Shown here piece by piece: positions 48,676-58,092 of a stretch of DNA of 64,000 nucleotides. The position numbers and the translations under genes are program-made. The notes beneath the pieces were generated by a model. It searched no databases. It had not been told where the DNA came from and saw nothing but the letters and a program-made list of their open reading frames with translations. Position 1 is the first letter of the stretch; every line of letters starts with the position of its first letter. The stretch is from an uncultured Schlesneria sp. (GTDB lineage: Bacteria; Planctomycetota; Planctomycetia; Planctomycetales; Planctomycetaceae): positions 415 to 64,414 of the forward strand of contig CAXBSB010000006.1 in assembly GCA_963977965.1 (NCBI GenBank), in the 5' to 3' direction.

Positions 48676-51651
48676 ATGTTCCATTGCTTATCCCGTTATT
48701 CAGCTGTCCTGCTGTTTCTGTTCAGTTGTCTACTGGCCCCTTTATCGGACCTGAAGGCGAGCGAACCAGGCGTCTCGTTCCGACGCGAAGTGATCCCGGT
48801 TCTTACCAAATACGGCTGTGCAACCGGGGCCTGTCATGGTTCACCATCCGGCAAAGGTGGCTTTCGTCTGTCGTTGCGGGGATTCGATCCTGAGCTTGAT
48901 CAGGTGACACTGATCCGTGAAGCACTGGGGCGCCGCGTCAATTCATCAGACTCCACTACCAGTCTTCTGCTGCGCAAACCACTTATGGAGATTGCTCATG
49001 GTGGTGGCCGTAAGTTGCAAACGACAGATCCCGGTTACCAGATCCTGAACCGCTGGATCGCTGCAGGTTGCCCGGTTGACTCCGCGGTCGGCAGTGCGTG
49101 CCGCGAGTTGACCGTGACTCCATATGAGCGAACACGGAACTGGCCTGATACAGACTTCTCGCTGAAAGTGTTCGCACGATTTGATGACGGATCTGTTCGC
49201 GATGTGACGGCATTCGTCGATTTCAATTCGACAGATGATTCCGTGGCGACTGTTTCAAAGTCGGGTGAAGTTCACGGAATTGCAGGCGGCGACACCACGA
49301 TTGTGGCTCGTTATCTCGATCAACTCGCGATTGCTCCGGTCACGATCTTGAAGCCTGTTCCCGGATTCGTCTGGACGAATCCACCTGCCAACAATGAGAT
49401 CGATCGGCTGCTGCATGAGCGGCAGAAGCTCTTGCAGATCGTGCCATCAGATCTCTGTACCGACAGTGAATTCATTCGACGCCTCTATCTGGATGTGCTG
49501 GGGACTCTGCCAACCGTCGATGAAACCCGACGATTTCTTGCCGACCGATCTTCGACCAAACGCGTTGCGCTCATTGACCATGTTCTGGAACGTAATGAAT
49601 ACGCTCAATTCTGGGCGATCAAGTGGGGGGACCTGCTGCAGGTCAAGGCGAGCAAACTTTCTCCCGCGGGCGTCTCAAAGTTTCATGAATGGCTGGTTCG
49701 GGAACTGCGAGACAATCGACCCTATGATCAGTTTGCGACCGCCCTGCTGACTGCGTCAGGAAGTACCTATGAAAACCCGCCCGCGGCTTTCTATCGAGCC
49801 GCAACCGATGTCGATTCGTGCAGTGAAGCCACATCGCAGGTCTTCCTGGGAATTCGTATTCAATGTGCCAAGTGCCATAACCATCCCTATGAACGGTGGA
49901 CCCAGTATCATTACTACGGTCTCGGTGCGTTCTTTCGTCGAGTTCAGCGGCGACCGGATCGGGTATCGGACGAGGTCACCATCTGGACGACAGACGCAGG
50001 CGAAGCACTGCATCTGCGAACCGGGCAGCCAATCGCGCCCCTCGTTCCCATCGATGGGCCAATTCATGTTCCCGCAGGAACCGATCGTCGTATCGCTTTC
50101 GCCAGATGGCTGACGAGACCACAAAATCCGTTCTTTGCCAGAGTCGGCGTCAATCGAATCTGGGGACATTTGCTGGGGCGAGGGCTGGTTGATCCGGTCG
50201 ACGATTTTCGCGACTCGAACCCCGCTTCGCATCCTGAACTACTTGACTGGCTGACTCGAGAATTCGTTCGAAGTGACGGGGGAAATGTCCCGTTCGATCA
50301 GAAGCGGATGATGAAACTGATCCTTCAAAGTCGTACCTATCAGCTCAGCAGCCAGACGAACCCGTTAAATCAGCGGGATCAAAAACTGTTCTCGCATGCC
50401 AATACTCGCATGTTGCCGGCGGAACCATTGCTGGACGCGATCTGCACTGTTACGGGGATCGACGAGAAATATGTGGGCAGACCAATCGGCACACGGGCGA
50501 TCGAATTGCCAAGCCCGGATATCAGCAATGACTTCCTGTTGATTTCCGGACGACCAGTTCGTAACACCGTCTGTGATTGCGAACGTTCTCGGGAGCCAAA
50601 GCTCTCGCAAGCGTTGCAGTTACTGGGTGGCGATATGATCGCGAAAAAGCTGGCACAGCCTCAGAGTCGACTGTCCCGCCATCTGGATCGCAATCGAACG
50701 CGCAACGACGTTGCCGTTCAACCGCCGAAGTCAGGCCTGCAATTATGGCTGCGAGCAGATACTGGCCTGTTGAATGAAGCAGGAGTCGATGCAACCGACG
50801 GTGACACGGTTGCGACGTGGCGAGATCAGAGCCCTCACGGTCGTAGCGTCGTCCAGTCTCAACCGAGCCTGCGTCCGACGTTGATGGTGAACGGCATCCG
50901 TAATCGTCCGGCATTGCAGTTTGATGGGACTGACCTTCTGCACGATGTGAACACCAGCCTGGTTCCGGCCGGGGCCGCACGGACAGTTGTCGTCGTCGCT
51001 CAAGCCGGTGAATCGAGCGGTGGTGGAGCTCTGTTTACTTTTCGTCGCGCCGTTCCCGTCTGCACGCTGCAACAGGTCCTCTATTCAGGAACTTACTACG
51101 TCTATTCGGATGGTGTGAATTCGTCGGGAAATTCAACCATTCCCAACTCTATCGAGTTGATTCGGCAGCCATTTGTCACTGCGTTTTCTTCGGCGGCGGC
51201 CGGACAGAAGCTGGCAGTGTGGCTCAATGGCCAACCGCAGGTTGTCACGCAATCTGGCGCAGTAGGACTCGATTCAGGTGCGATGGGGTTCACGATCGGC
51301 AACCGGGAAGACCATCCTCAATTTGGATGGCAGGGGCGGATTGCAGAGGTGCTGGTCTACGATCGCGTTCTTTCGCACGAGGAAACCGCCGACCTCAGTC
51401 GCCAACTGACAGCGAGGTATTCGATCGATTCCCCTGCTTTGCCTCTGATTGACCCTCCCACAGCCGAGTCGGATCCGCTTGATCAGGATTTTGTCATCAG
51501 CCTGTACATGACGGCGCTCAGTCGCGAGCCATCACGGGACGAGGTGTCAGCAGCGATCCGCCATTTGCACACAGTAAATGATCGCCGTGAAGGATTGGGC
51601 GACATCTTCTGGGCGGTCGTGAATTCTCGCGAATTCCTGTTTCAGCATTAG
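48676..51651 (+). CDS. DUF1549/DUF1553 protein with an inserted LamG-like domain
   Basis: SFRREVIPVL.K.GCATGACHG, FIRRLYLDVLG.LPT, CAKCHNHP, NPFFAR..VNRIW. LamG-like block LQLWLRAD..WRDQS..GWQGRIAEVLVYDRVLS precedes DIFWAVVNSREF. Confidence 0.9.
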   Translation: MFHCLSRYSAVLLFLFSCLLAPLSDLKASEPGVSFRREVIPVLTKYGCATGACHGSPSGKGGFRLSLRGFDPELDQVTLIREALGRRVNSSDSTTSLLLRKPLMEIAHGGGRKLQTTDPGYQILNRWIAAGCPVDSAVGSACRELTVTPYERTRNWPDTDFSLKVFARFDDGSVRDVTAFVDFNSTDDSVATVSKSGEVHGIAGGDTTIVARYLDQLAIAPVTILKPVPGFVWTNPPANNEIDRLLHERQKLLQIVPSDLCTDSEFIRRLYLDVLGTLPTVDETRRFLADRSSTKRVALIDHVLERNEYAQFWAIKWGDLLQVKASKLSPAGVSKFHEWLVRELRDNRPYDQFATALLTASGSTYENPPAAFYRAATDVDSCSEATSQVFLGIRIQCAKCHNHPYERWTQYHYYGLGAFFRRVQRRPDRVSDEVTIWTTDAGEALHLRTGQPIAPLVPIDGPIHVPAGTDRRIAFARWLTRPQNPFFARVGVNRIWGHLLGRGLVDPVDDFRDSNPASHPELLDWLTREFVRSDGGNVPFDQKRMMKLILQSRTYQLSSQTNPLNQRDQKLFSHANTRMLPAEPLLDAICTVTGIDEKYVGRPIGTRAIELPSPDISNDFLLISGRPVRNTVCDCERSREPKLSQALQLLGGDMIAKKLAQPQSRLSRHLDRNRTRNDVAVQPPKSGLQLWLRADTGLLNEAGVDATDGDTVATWRDQSPHGRSVVQSQPSLRPTLMVNGIRNRPALQFDGTDLLHDVNTSLVPAGAARTVVVVAQAGESSGGGALFTFRRAVPVCTLQQVLYSGTYYVYSDGVNSSGNSTIPNSIELIRQPFVTAFSSAAAGQKLAVWLNGQPQVVTQSGAVGLDSGAMGFTIGNREDHPQFGWQGRIAEVLVYDRVLSHEETADLSRQLTARYSIDSPALPLIDPPTAESDPLDQDFVISLYMTALSREPSRDEVSAAIRHLHTVNDRREGLGDIFWAVVNSREFLFQH

Positions 51652-51814
51652 TACAAGTTGCACGTCCAGCCGGCACATTGCTGGCGCTGCAGTACAACCC
51701 TGTTGTCGCAAAACGAGAAATCGAACAATTCTTGGCGAGGCCGGGCCGGTGCAGTGGCTATGGCTGGTTGCTTCTTTGTCATGCAGTCAATCGGACGTAA
51801 AAAAGATGCACCAA

Positions 51815-52249
51815 TTACTGTTCCGGCCAAGAAATCTCTTCGTCGGCAATCCAATCGAGATTGGAAGATGGCAGGGTTGGATTCTTTAAGAAGTCTTTGA
51901 CAGCTACCCAAGCTGTTGAGGGCAAAACAATGCACCCCGTTGGGTAAGCAAGTCCATCGTCTACTTCTTCGAAGTGAGACATCACCTTGCGGTCTGCCAC
52001 CACATAATTGCAAAACAATGACCTTTGCTCATCAAGCGAACGGCAGTCAAATTGAAGAACAAACCCACGATTAGGCACATGGATGATTGTGAGTGAGAAA
52101 CGCTTGTTCTCGTCCGAGAAGAATTGAAGGATGCCATCGCCTTCTGGCAACCACTCAGACTCATCGTAGCTCAAGAAATACTGCTCCCAGTCCTTTGGAG
52201 CAAACCCTCCTTTGCCAAAGGAATTGAAAGTGCTGTGAAAGCCCTTCAT
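51815..52249 (-). CDS. Imm1-like immunity protein
   Basis: RBS GGAG before ATG 52249. C-terminal 'YPTGCIVLPSTAWVAVKDFLKNP.LPS.L.W' resembles the Imm1 signature as recalled. Low-GC coding sequence. Confidence 0.6.
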   Translation of the reverse strand: MKGFHSTFNSFGKGGFAPKDWEQYFLSYDESEWLPEGDGILQFFSDENKRFSLTIIHVPNRGFVLQFDCRSLDEQRSLFCNYVVADRKVMSHFEEVDDGLAYPTGCIVLPSTAWVAVKDFLKNPTLPSSNLDWIADEEISWPEQ

Positions 52250-52388
52250 GTCACTTACTCCAACCATTTGCGAACAGTATTGGACCTGGTCCCTTTTTTC
52301 TTGCCTCAAAGAGTCTCGACCCCTTTGATTTCGTCCAATTCCTCGTTGATACCGTCACACACTTTCAAAAACGAACCTCGCCTTTGAT

Positions 52389-52826
52389 CTACGTCAACGG
52401 GGGTTGAACGGTTACGTCGCCATCAGGGAAAACTACAAATGAAAGCGGGATAATTTGCTCAGGCGCATGATCAACATCAAGCGGTATGTCAAAATCGCCG
52501 AATCGAGTTTGGATTCTGCATTTCTGAAGATTTGTCAACACAACGTTAATCCCATCGAAAACAACGACACCGCTGATTGAAATATCCTCAACATGTGTAA
52601 CTTCCGTTCCGACAAATGGCGGCAAGAAACTGCACAGTATATGCGATAGCTTCCCACAATCTTCAAGCAGAACGCGTCGGCCAGCATGAAACGCCTCTGA
52701 ATCCTGGCAAAGAAACGACCGTCCATTAGCGAGCGAAACAACACGGCATTTAAGATCAACGCCCTCTCCCGCAACGCCCGCCGCAACGTCTATTACAGTG
52801 CTTATATCCACTACAGACACCACCAA
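52389..52826 (-). CDS. Hypothetical protein in the low-GC islet, possible second immunity protein
   Basis: About 145 open codons on the minus strand, while the matching plus frame has stops. The upstream part of the track ORF runs through a repeat and is discarded. Confidence 0.5.
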   Translation of the reverse strand: MVVSVVDISTVIDVAAGVAGEGVDLKCRVVSLANGRSFLCQDSEAFHAGRRVLLEDCGKLSHILCSFLPPFVGTEVTHVEDISISGVVVFDGINVVLTNLQKCRIQTRFGDFDIPLDVDHAPEQIIPLSFVVFPDGDVTVQPPLT

Positions 52827-52864
52827 TAAAGTCGTACATGTTTTAGATCGTTGTCGCCGTGAAG

Positions 52865-52982
52865 GGAGTTTGAAACGCACAGAGCGCTGAGGACGCCGAG
52901 GAAGAAAGAGAAAAGCCCCAACCCAATTCCTCTCCTGCCTTCTCTCAGCGATCTCCGCGTCCTCTGCGTTTCTACTTCTTCT
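52865..52982 (-). repeat. About 120-bp dispersed repeat (CGCAGAG family), copy 2
   Basis: Reverse complement of 39750-39867. Confidence 0.88.
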
Positions 52983-53073
52983 TGAGTGTCGGGGACAGCG
53001 CCTCGCACATCGTGTCGCGTCGGTCCATTGGTGACGCTGCCGTACGATACCTGCGGGACGCGCACTGACAGCG

Positions 53074-53805
53074 TCAGAACGGCCATTCATTCCCCAACGC
53101 TTCGCGCTGAAGGCGGGTCAATTGGGTAATTCCTGCGACGGCCAGATCGAGTTGCTGATTGAGCAGATCGCGCGAGAATGGCTTTCCTTCTGCGGTCCCC
53201 TGCACTTCAATGAATTCGCCTGCCCCCGTCATCACCACATTCAAATCAACCTCGGCCTGACTGTCCTCGATGTAATCCAGGTCCAGAACCGGCGTCCCGT
53301 TGCAGACTCCAACACTGACGGCGGCAACGCTGTTTGTCAGGACGGGCCGGCCTGAATTGAGTTCACCACTGATCGAAGCAAGCGCGTCACAGAGGGCGAT
53401 AAAGCCACCGGTGATACTGAGGGTTCTGGTTCCGCCGTCGGCTTCGAGAACATCACAATCGATCGTAATTGTCCGAGGTCCCAGGGCCGCGAAGTCGACA
53501 ACGGCGCGCAGGCTGCGGCCGATCAACCGCTGAATCTCTGTCGACCGACCATCCATCTTATCCCGTTCTCGCTTCTTACGAGGCGACGTGCTGCCAGGAA
53601 GCATTGAGTATTCCGCGGTCAGCCAGCCAACAGCCTCGGCGGGGTTCGCGGCCTTCCATGGTGGCAATGTGCTGTCGACACTGGCGGTACAGAGGACGGT
53701 CGTTTTGCCCGCTTGAATCAGCACGCTTCCCGGGGCAGCGCCCGTAAACTTTCGCTGAACCCGGATGGATCTCAGTTCATTTGCCTGTCGCTGGTCGTGA
53801 CGCAC
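53074..53805 (-). CDS. rph: Ribonuclease PH
   Basis: [75 protein letters not shown]. Confidence 0.97.
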   Translation of the reverse strand: MRHDQRQANELRSIRVQRKFTGAAPGSVLIQAGKTTVLCTASVDSTLPPWKAANPAEAVGWLTAEYSMLPGSTSPRKKRERDKMDGRSTEIQRLIGRSLRAVVDFAALGPRTITIDCDVLEADGGTRTLSITGGFIALCDALASISGELNSGRPVLTNSVAAVSVGVCNGTPVLDLDYIEDSQAEVDLNVVMTGAGEFIEVQGTAEGKPFSRDLLNQQLDLAVAGITQLTRLQREALGNEWPF

Positions 53806-53918
53806 GGGAAGCACCTTCGGTCGAATTTGTAAAGTCGTTTCAATGATGCCGCAAGATCGGGAACATCTCACCACACCCTACACGTTTTCTGAGACGCGTG
53901 CCATGAAAACGACAGGTT

Positions 53919-53972
53919 ATGCCTGCGGGACGCCAAGCTTAAGTTGGCTTCAGTGTGGAGTCCCGCGGGCAT
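53919..53972. repeat. Short inverted repeat between the DUF6429 gene and rph
   Basis: ATGCCTGCGGGAC ... GTCCCGCGGGCAT, 12 of 13 complementary. Confidence 0.5.
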
Positions 53973-54025
53973 CAAACTGCAGCGTCTAACCCATGTTTCG
54001 ATGCGACACGGAAGTGCGACCCGCA

Positions 54026-54277
54026 CTAGTCGGAAGCGGAGTCGTCACGTTTCGCAAACAATTCTTCCGCCAGCTTCGTGGCCATGGCCAGTCCCGCTTC
54101 TGTGAAGCAAACGGACTTGGCCTTCCCCAATGGATTGGAAATGAATCCTTTTTCGTGAAGTCTCGACATCGATTCCCAGTCGAACCCCTTCCAGGTTCGA
54201 ACGCCATCGTGAAGCCCAAGCAGCAGCAATGCCAGGATTGCGTTGTCGATCTTGTCGGGATCGAGGTTCATCTCCAT
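54026..54277 (-). CDS. DUF6429 family protein
   Basis: DKID.A.LALL.L.LHD..R.WKGFDW..M.RLHEKGFIS.P.GKAKSV..TE.G pattern. Confidence 0.8.
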   Translation of the reverse strand: MEMNLDPDKIDNAILALLLLGLHDGVRTWKGFDWESMSRLHEKGFISNPLGKAKSVCFTEAGLAMATKLAEELFAKRDDSASD

Positions 54278-54280
54278 GAA

Positions 54281-55204
54281 TCAACCTATCGACTTCTCAA
54301 GGACCCACAGAATCAGCCCCTTCGCCAGATGCATTCTGTTTTCCGCCTGCTCAAAGGCGATGCTCTGCGGACCATCAATCACTTCATCAGTGACTTCCAA
54401 GCCCCGCTTGGCGGGAAGACAATGCATGAAACGGGCGGTCTTGGGGGCCAGCTTCATCAGCTTGGCATTGACCTGGAACGGTCCGAAAACCTGTCGTCGC
54501 TGCGATTCTTCCGCTTCCTGGCCCATGCTCGTCCAGACATCTGTGTAGACGACGGAAGCATCCTTCAGTGCCACTTTAAAGTCGTCTGTCTGCGTGACAT
54601 TGGAGGCTGGAAACTTCTTTTTCAGTTTCTTCAGGAAATCTTCTTCCAGCCGATATCCGTCTGGAGCACAAACGGACATGGCGACACCACAGATCGCGGC
54701 AGCGATCGCCAGTGAATTCGCCACGTTGTTGCCGTCACCCACGAATGCAATCTTCTGATTGCGCAGGTCGCCAAACGTTTCACGCATCGTGAACAGGTCG
54801 GTCAAAGCCTGACACGGATGCCGCTCGTCGGACAACCCGTTGATCACGGCTGCCCCTGAGAACTCAATGAAGTTGTCGATGAGTTTCTGTGAGAACGTTC
54901 GTAGTGCAATGACGTCACTGTAGCCACCGATGACCTTTGCAACGTCTTTGACCGCTTCACGTCCGCCGATCCCCGCTTCCTGGGCCGACAGGAAGATGCT
55001 GTTTCCGCCCAGTTGCATCATGGCCGCATCGAAGCTGAGCCGGGTCCGAAGTGAAGGCTTTTCAAAAACCTGGGTCAACACCCGCCCCTGCAGCAACTGG
55101 GGCCGGTCCCCTTTGGCATTACGGGCCTTCAGTTCATGAGAGACCGCAAAAATTGACTCGACATCCGCCGGATTCATGTCCAGCAGAGAATTCAAATGAC
55201 GCAT
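54281..55204 (-). CDS. argF: Ornithine carbamoyltransferase
   Basis: FEKPSLRTRLSF, INGLSDERHPCQALTD, GDGNNVA, VYTDVWTSMGQE, FMHCLPA.RG.EV. Confidence 0.97.
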   Translation of the reverse strand: MRHLNSLLDMNPADVESIFAVSHELKARNAKGDRPQLLQGRVLTQVFEKPSLRTRLSFDAAMMQLGGNSIFLSAQEAGIGGREAVKDVAKVIGGYSDVIALRTFSQKLIDNFIEFSGAAVINGLSDERHPCQALTDLFTMRETFGDLRNQKIAFVGDGNNVANSLAIAAAICGVAMSVCAPDGYRLEEDFLKKLKKKFPASNVTQTDDFKVALKDASVVYTDVWTSMGQEAEESQRRQVFGPFQVNAKLMKLAPKTARFMHCLPAKRGLEVTDEVIDGPQSIAFEQAENRMHLAKGLILWVLEKSIG

Positions 55205-55246
55205 GACAAATCGATCCAGATAACAAACGAGATTGAAGAACAGGCG

Positions 55247-55357
55247 TCATGAAGATTTCACGACGCGCCGCCACACCACAGAACGATGGCCTTCGCGCGG
55301 CTCAGGCTGAGTCGCGAAGGCCCCGCTAGATGGCGGACGCAAGTCGTGGCGATTCAT
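55247..55357 (-). other. Candidate 36-aa leader ORF upstream of argF
   Basis: GAGGGG RBS, then ATG 55357, MNRHDLRPPSSGAFATQPEPREGHRSVVWRRVVKSS, with TGA inside a 10-bp hairpin. Confidence 0.35.
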
Positions 55358-55448
55358 GGTAATTTTCCCTCAATATCTGCTGTCAGTCGTTGATCTGTTT
55401 TCTGTCAGATTGCGCCGTCATCACGAGATTCTCTCGTACGAACGACGA

Positions 55449-56654
55449 TCATGCTTCGTTGGCCATTTCCCGCAATACCGCGGCGATTACTTCACACCCT
55501 TCGTCGACCTGTTCTGCCGTGATATTCAGCGGAGGCAACAGGCGGACGACCGTGTCATGAGTCGCATTGATCAGGATCCCTCGTTCCATACATTTCGCGA
55601 CGGCTGGCGTGGCCGGGATCGACAACTCGACACCGATCATCATCCCGCGAATTCGCAGATCCTTGATGATCGGCAATTCTTCTCGCAGCTTCGTGAAATG
55701 CGTTCGGAACCGGTCGGCCATGCGGCGGCAGTTATCGAGCAAACCTTCTTCTTCGATGGTGCGGATCGTGGCGATCCCTGCAGCCATGGCGAGCGGATTG
55801 CCACCAAATGTGCTCGCATGCATCCCCGGACGCAGACTGGGTGCAATGTGATCACGACAAATGAATGCTCCGCAAGCCACACCTGCGGCCAAACCCTTGG
55901 CGAGTGTCATGATATCCGGCTGAACGCCCGAATGCTGATATCCAAACCAGTGCCCCGTACGCCCGATCCCGGTCTGCACTTCATCAAAAATCAGCAGCAT
56001 TCCCCGTTCGTCACACAACTGACGAAGCCCCTTCAGGAATGATTCGTCAGCGATGTTGACGCCACCTTCACCCTGTACGGGTTCCAGCAGGATGGCACAG
56101 GTTTCATCGTCGACCAGTTGCCGCACTGCTTCCAGATCGTTGTAAGGAGCGTATCGGAATCCCGGAACCAGCGGGCCGAGTCCCTCATGGTATTTCGGCT
56201 GAGCGGTCGCAGTGACAGCCGCAAATGTTCGCCCGTGGAAGCCGTTGGTAAAAGTGATCGTGCGGAACTTCTGCGGCCCGCAGTGCAGTCGAGCCAGCTT
56301 GATCGCTCCTTCATTCGCTTCGGCACCGCTATTGGCAAAGAATGCTTTCCCGAAGCTGCGAGAACAAATCGCCTCGGCAAAGTCCCCCTGAGCTTCGGTA
56401 TACCACGTGTTGGGAACATGAATCAGGTGCGCAACCTGATCCTGAACCGCCTTCACCACTTTCGGTGGGCAATGCCCAAGGATGTTGCACCCCCAGCCGG
56501 GAAACAGGTCGAGGTAGCGCTTCCCTTCAGCATCCCAGACCGCTGTCCCTTCCCCGTGAACGATACAAACGGGGTATCGCTTGTAGTTGGGAATGACATA
56601 TTTGCCAAACTGTTCAATTGTTTCCTGGCTGGTGCGACTAGCGGCTGAATGCAT
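55449..56654 (-). CDS. argD: Acetylornithine aminotransferase (class III PLP)
   Basis: [60 protein letters not shown]. Lies between argB and argF. Confidence 0.93.
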   Translation of the reverse strand: MHSAASRTSQETIEQFGKYVIPNYKRYPVCIVHGEGTAVWDAEGKRYLDLFPGWGCNILGHCPPKVVKAVQDQVAHLIHVPNTWYTEAQGDFAEAICSRSFGKAFFANSGAEANEGAIKLARLHCGPQKFRTITFTNGFHGRTFAAVTATAQPKYHEGLGPLVPGFRYAPYNDLEAVRQLVDDETCAILLEPVQGEGGVNIADESFLKGLRQLCDERGMLLIFDEVQTGIGRTGHWFGYQHSGVQPDIMTLAKGLAAGVACGAFICRDHIAPSLRPGMHASTFGGNPLAMAAGIATIRTIEEEGLLDNCRRMADRFRTHFTKLREELPIIKDLRIRGMMIGVELSIPATPAVAKCMERGILINATHDTVVRLLPPLNITAEQVDEGCEVIAAVLREMANEA

Positions 56655-56800
56655 GGGAAAACCAGATTTCGTGAAATGGAAATGACGACTGTCGGTATGA
56701 AGAAGATCGGACCATGAAAAAAAGTTCATTGCCCTTTCAACAATTCCTGACCGCAAACGATTGATGCAATCAGATTGTCGAATGGGAAAAACAGGCTGTG

Positions 56801-57688
56801 CTATAAGACGATTTCCGTTCCAATCCCTTCGTTCGAATAGATTTCCAACAAGACCGAGTGAGCAATCCTGGCATCGATAATGTGAACCTTTTTGACCCCC
56901 GCCTGAAGTGCTTCCAGTGCCGCCTCGACCTTTGGAACCATCCCTGCATCAATGATGCCGTCGCGGATCAATTCGCGACAGCGGGCGGCGGTCAGGTGCG
57001 ACTGAAGCGTTGACGGATCTTTCCGATCCAGGAAAATCCCAGGCACGTCACTCAGGAAAACCAGTTTCTCGGCCTGAATCAATCGTGCCACGGCGGCTGC
57101 GGCGGTATCGGCGTTGACGTTCAACTTGCCGCCCGCCTCGTCCAGAGCGACGGATGGCAGAACGGGAATCACACCTTCACGGCACGTCATCAATAATAAA
57201 TCGCGATCAATATCCGTCACTTCTCCGACACGGCCCAGATCGATCGGTTCGCCATTCTCAACCGGAAGCATCAGTTTCTGCCCGATCAGGCAGTTCATCG
57301 TCTGGTAATTCAGCCCGCGAGCGTCGCCCCCCTGGCGCGTGATTTCGTCGACGAGTCCCTGGCAGATTTCTGCGCAAAGCGTTCGAGCCACAATTTCGAG
57401 CGTTTCGTCGTCTGTATATCGACGTCCCTGCACAAATCGTGGCTGGATACCAGCTTTCGTCATCGCGGCGTTGATGGCCTTGCCGCCCCCGTGAACGAGA
57501 ACGGGGCGCATACCAACCGTCGACATGAAAATCACGTCAGTGAGGCAGGACCGAATCGCCTCGGTTTCTTCCATCGCACTGCCGCCCAATTTGATGACGA
57601 CGTGGCGACCCCGAAACTGGCGAATCCAGCTCAGAGCCTCCAGCAGAACATCCGCTTTGCGAACAGCTTCATCCAGATTTTGCGGCAT
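56801..57688 (-). CDS. argB: Acetylglutamate kinase
   Basis: [44 protein letters not shown]. Confidence 0.97.
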   Translation of the reverse strand: MPQNLDEAVRKADVLLEALSWIRQFRGRHVVIKLGGSAMEETEAIRSCLTDVIFMSTVGMRPVLVHGGGKAINAAMTKAGIQPRFVQGRRYTDDETLEIVARTLCAEICQGLVDEITRQGGDARGLNYQTMNCLIGQKLMLPVENGEPIDLGRVGEVTDIDRDLLLMTCREGVIPVLPSVALDEAGGKLNVNADTAAAAVARLIQAEKLVFLSDVPGIFLDRKDPSTLQSHLTAARCRELIRDGIIDAGMVPKVEAALEALQAGVKKVHIIDARIAHSVLLEIYSNEGIGTEIVL

Positions 57689-57830
57689 CGATCAGTCTCA
57701 CAGAAACCCGCGCGAGGAAAAACCCCGATTTTAGAGTGCCCTTTCGCGCAGTGTCAATCGGCCAGAAGATTTAAGGTGCAGTCGTTAATTGGTGGTGACA
57801 CGGTGAAACGAGCGAGCAAACCTCGATTCA

Positions 57831-57982
57831 GGGTGCCACGGTTTTGGAGTCCTCGACAAGGCCGTGCGTTTTCGGCGGAATGTCTTCGTGCGGCAAGATT
57901 TGTACGCGGGATGGATTGGCGATTTGCGTTACTCCACGAGCGAAGACACGGCCTTGTCGAGGACTCCAAAACCGTGGCACCC
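57831..57982. repeat. REPIN/MITE-like element with perfect 36-bp inverted arms (GGGTGCCACGG family)
   Basis: 57831-57866 is the exact reverse complement of 57947-57982, around an 80-bp core. Confidence 0.9.
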
Positions 57983-58092
57983 CGCATGGACGGCTTCGTG
58001 TGACCACCAAGGAACGACCATCCGATTAAAGAGAATGGGCAGCGGGGTGCAATCGTCGCATTAGGCACTTCACATCAAGTTTGCCCGATAGG

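Noticed and set aside
52827-53090. N-terminal part of track ORF 52389-53090
   Set aside because: It is translation of the 120-bp repeat and overlaps the rph stop.
57491-58068. Several short ORFs around 57.5-58.1 kb
   Set aside because: They are products of the 36-bp inverted repeat, with the same peptide (EDSKTVAP / PRFWSPRQG) on both strands.
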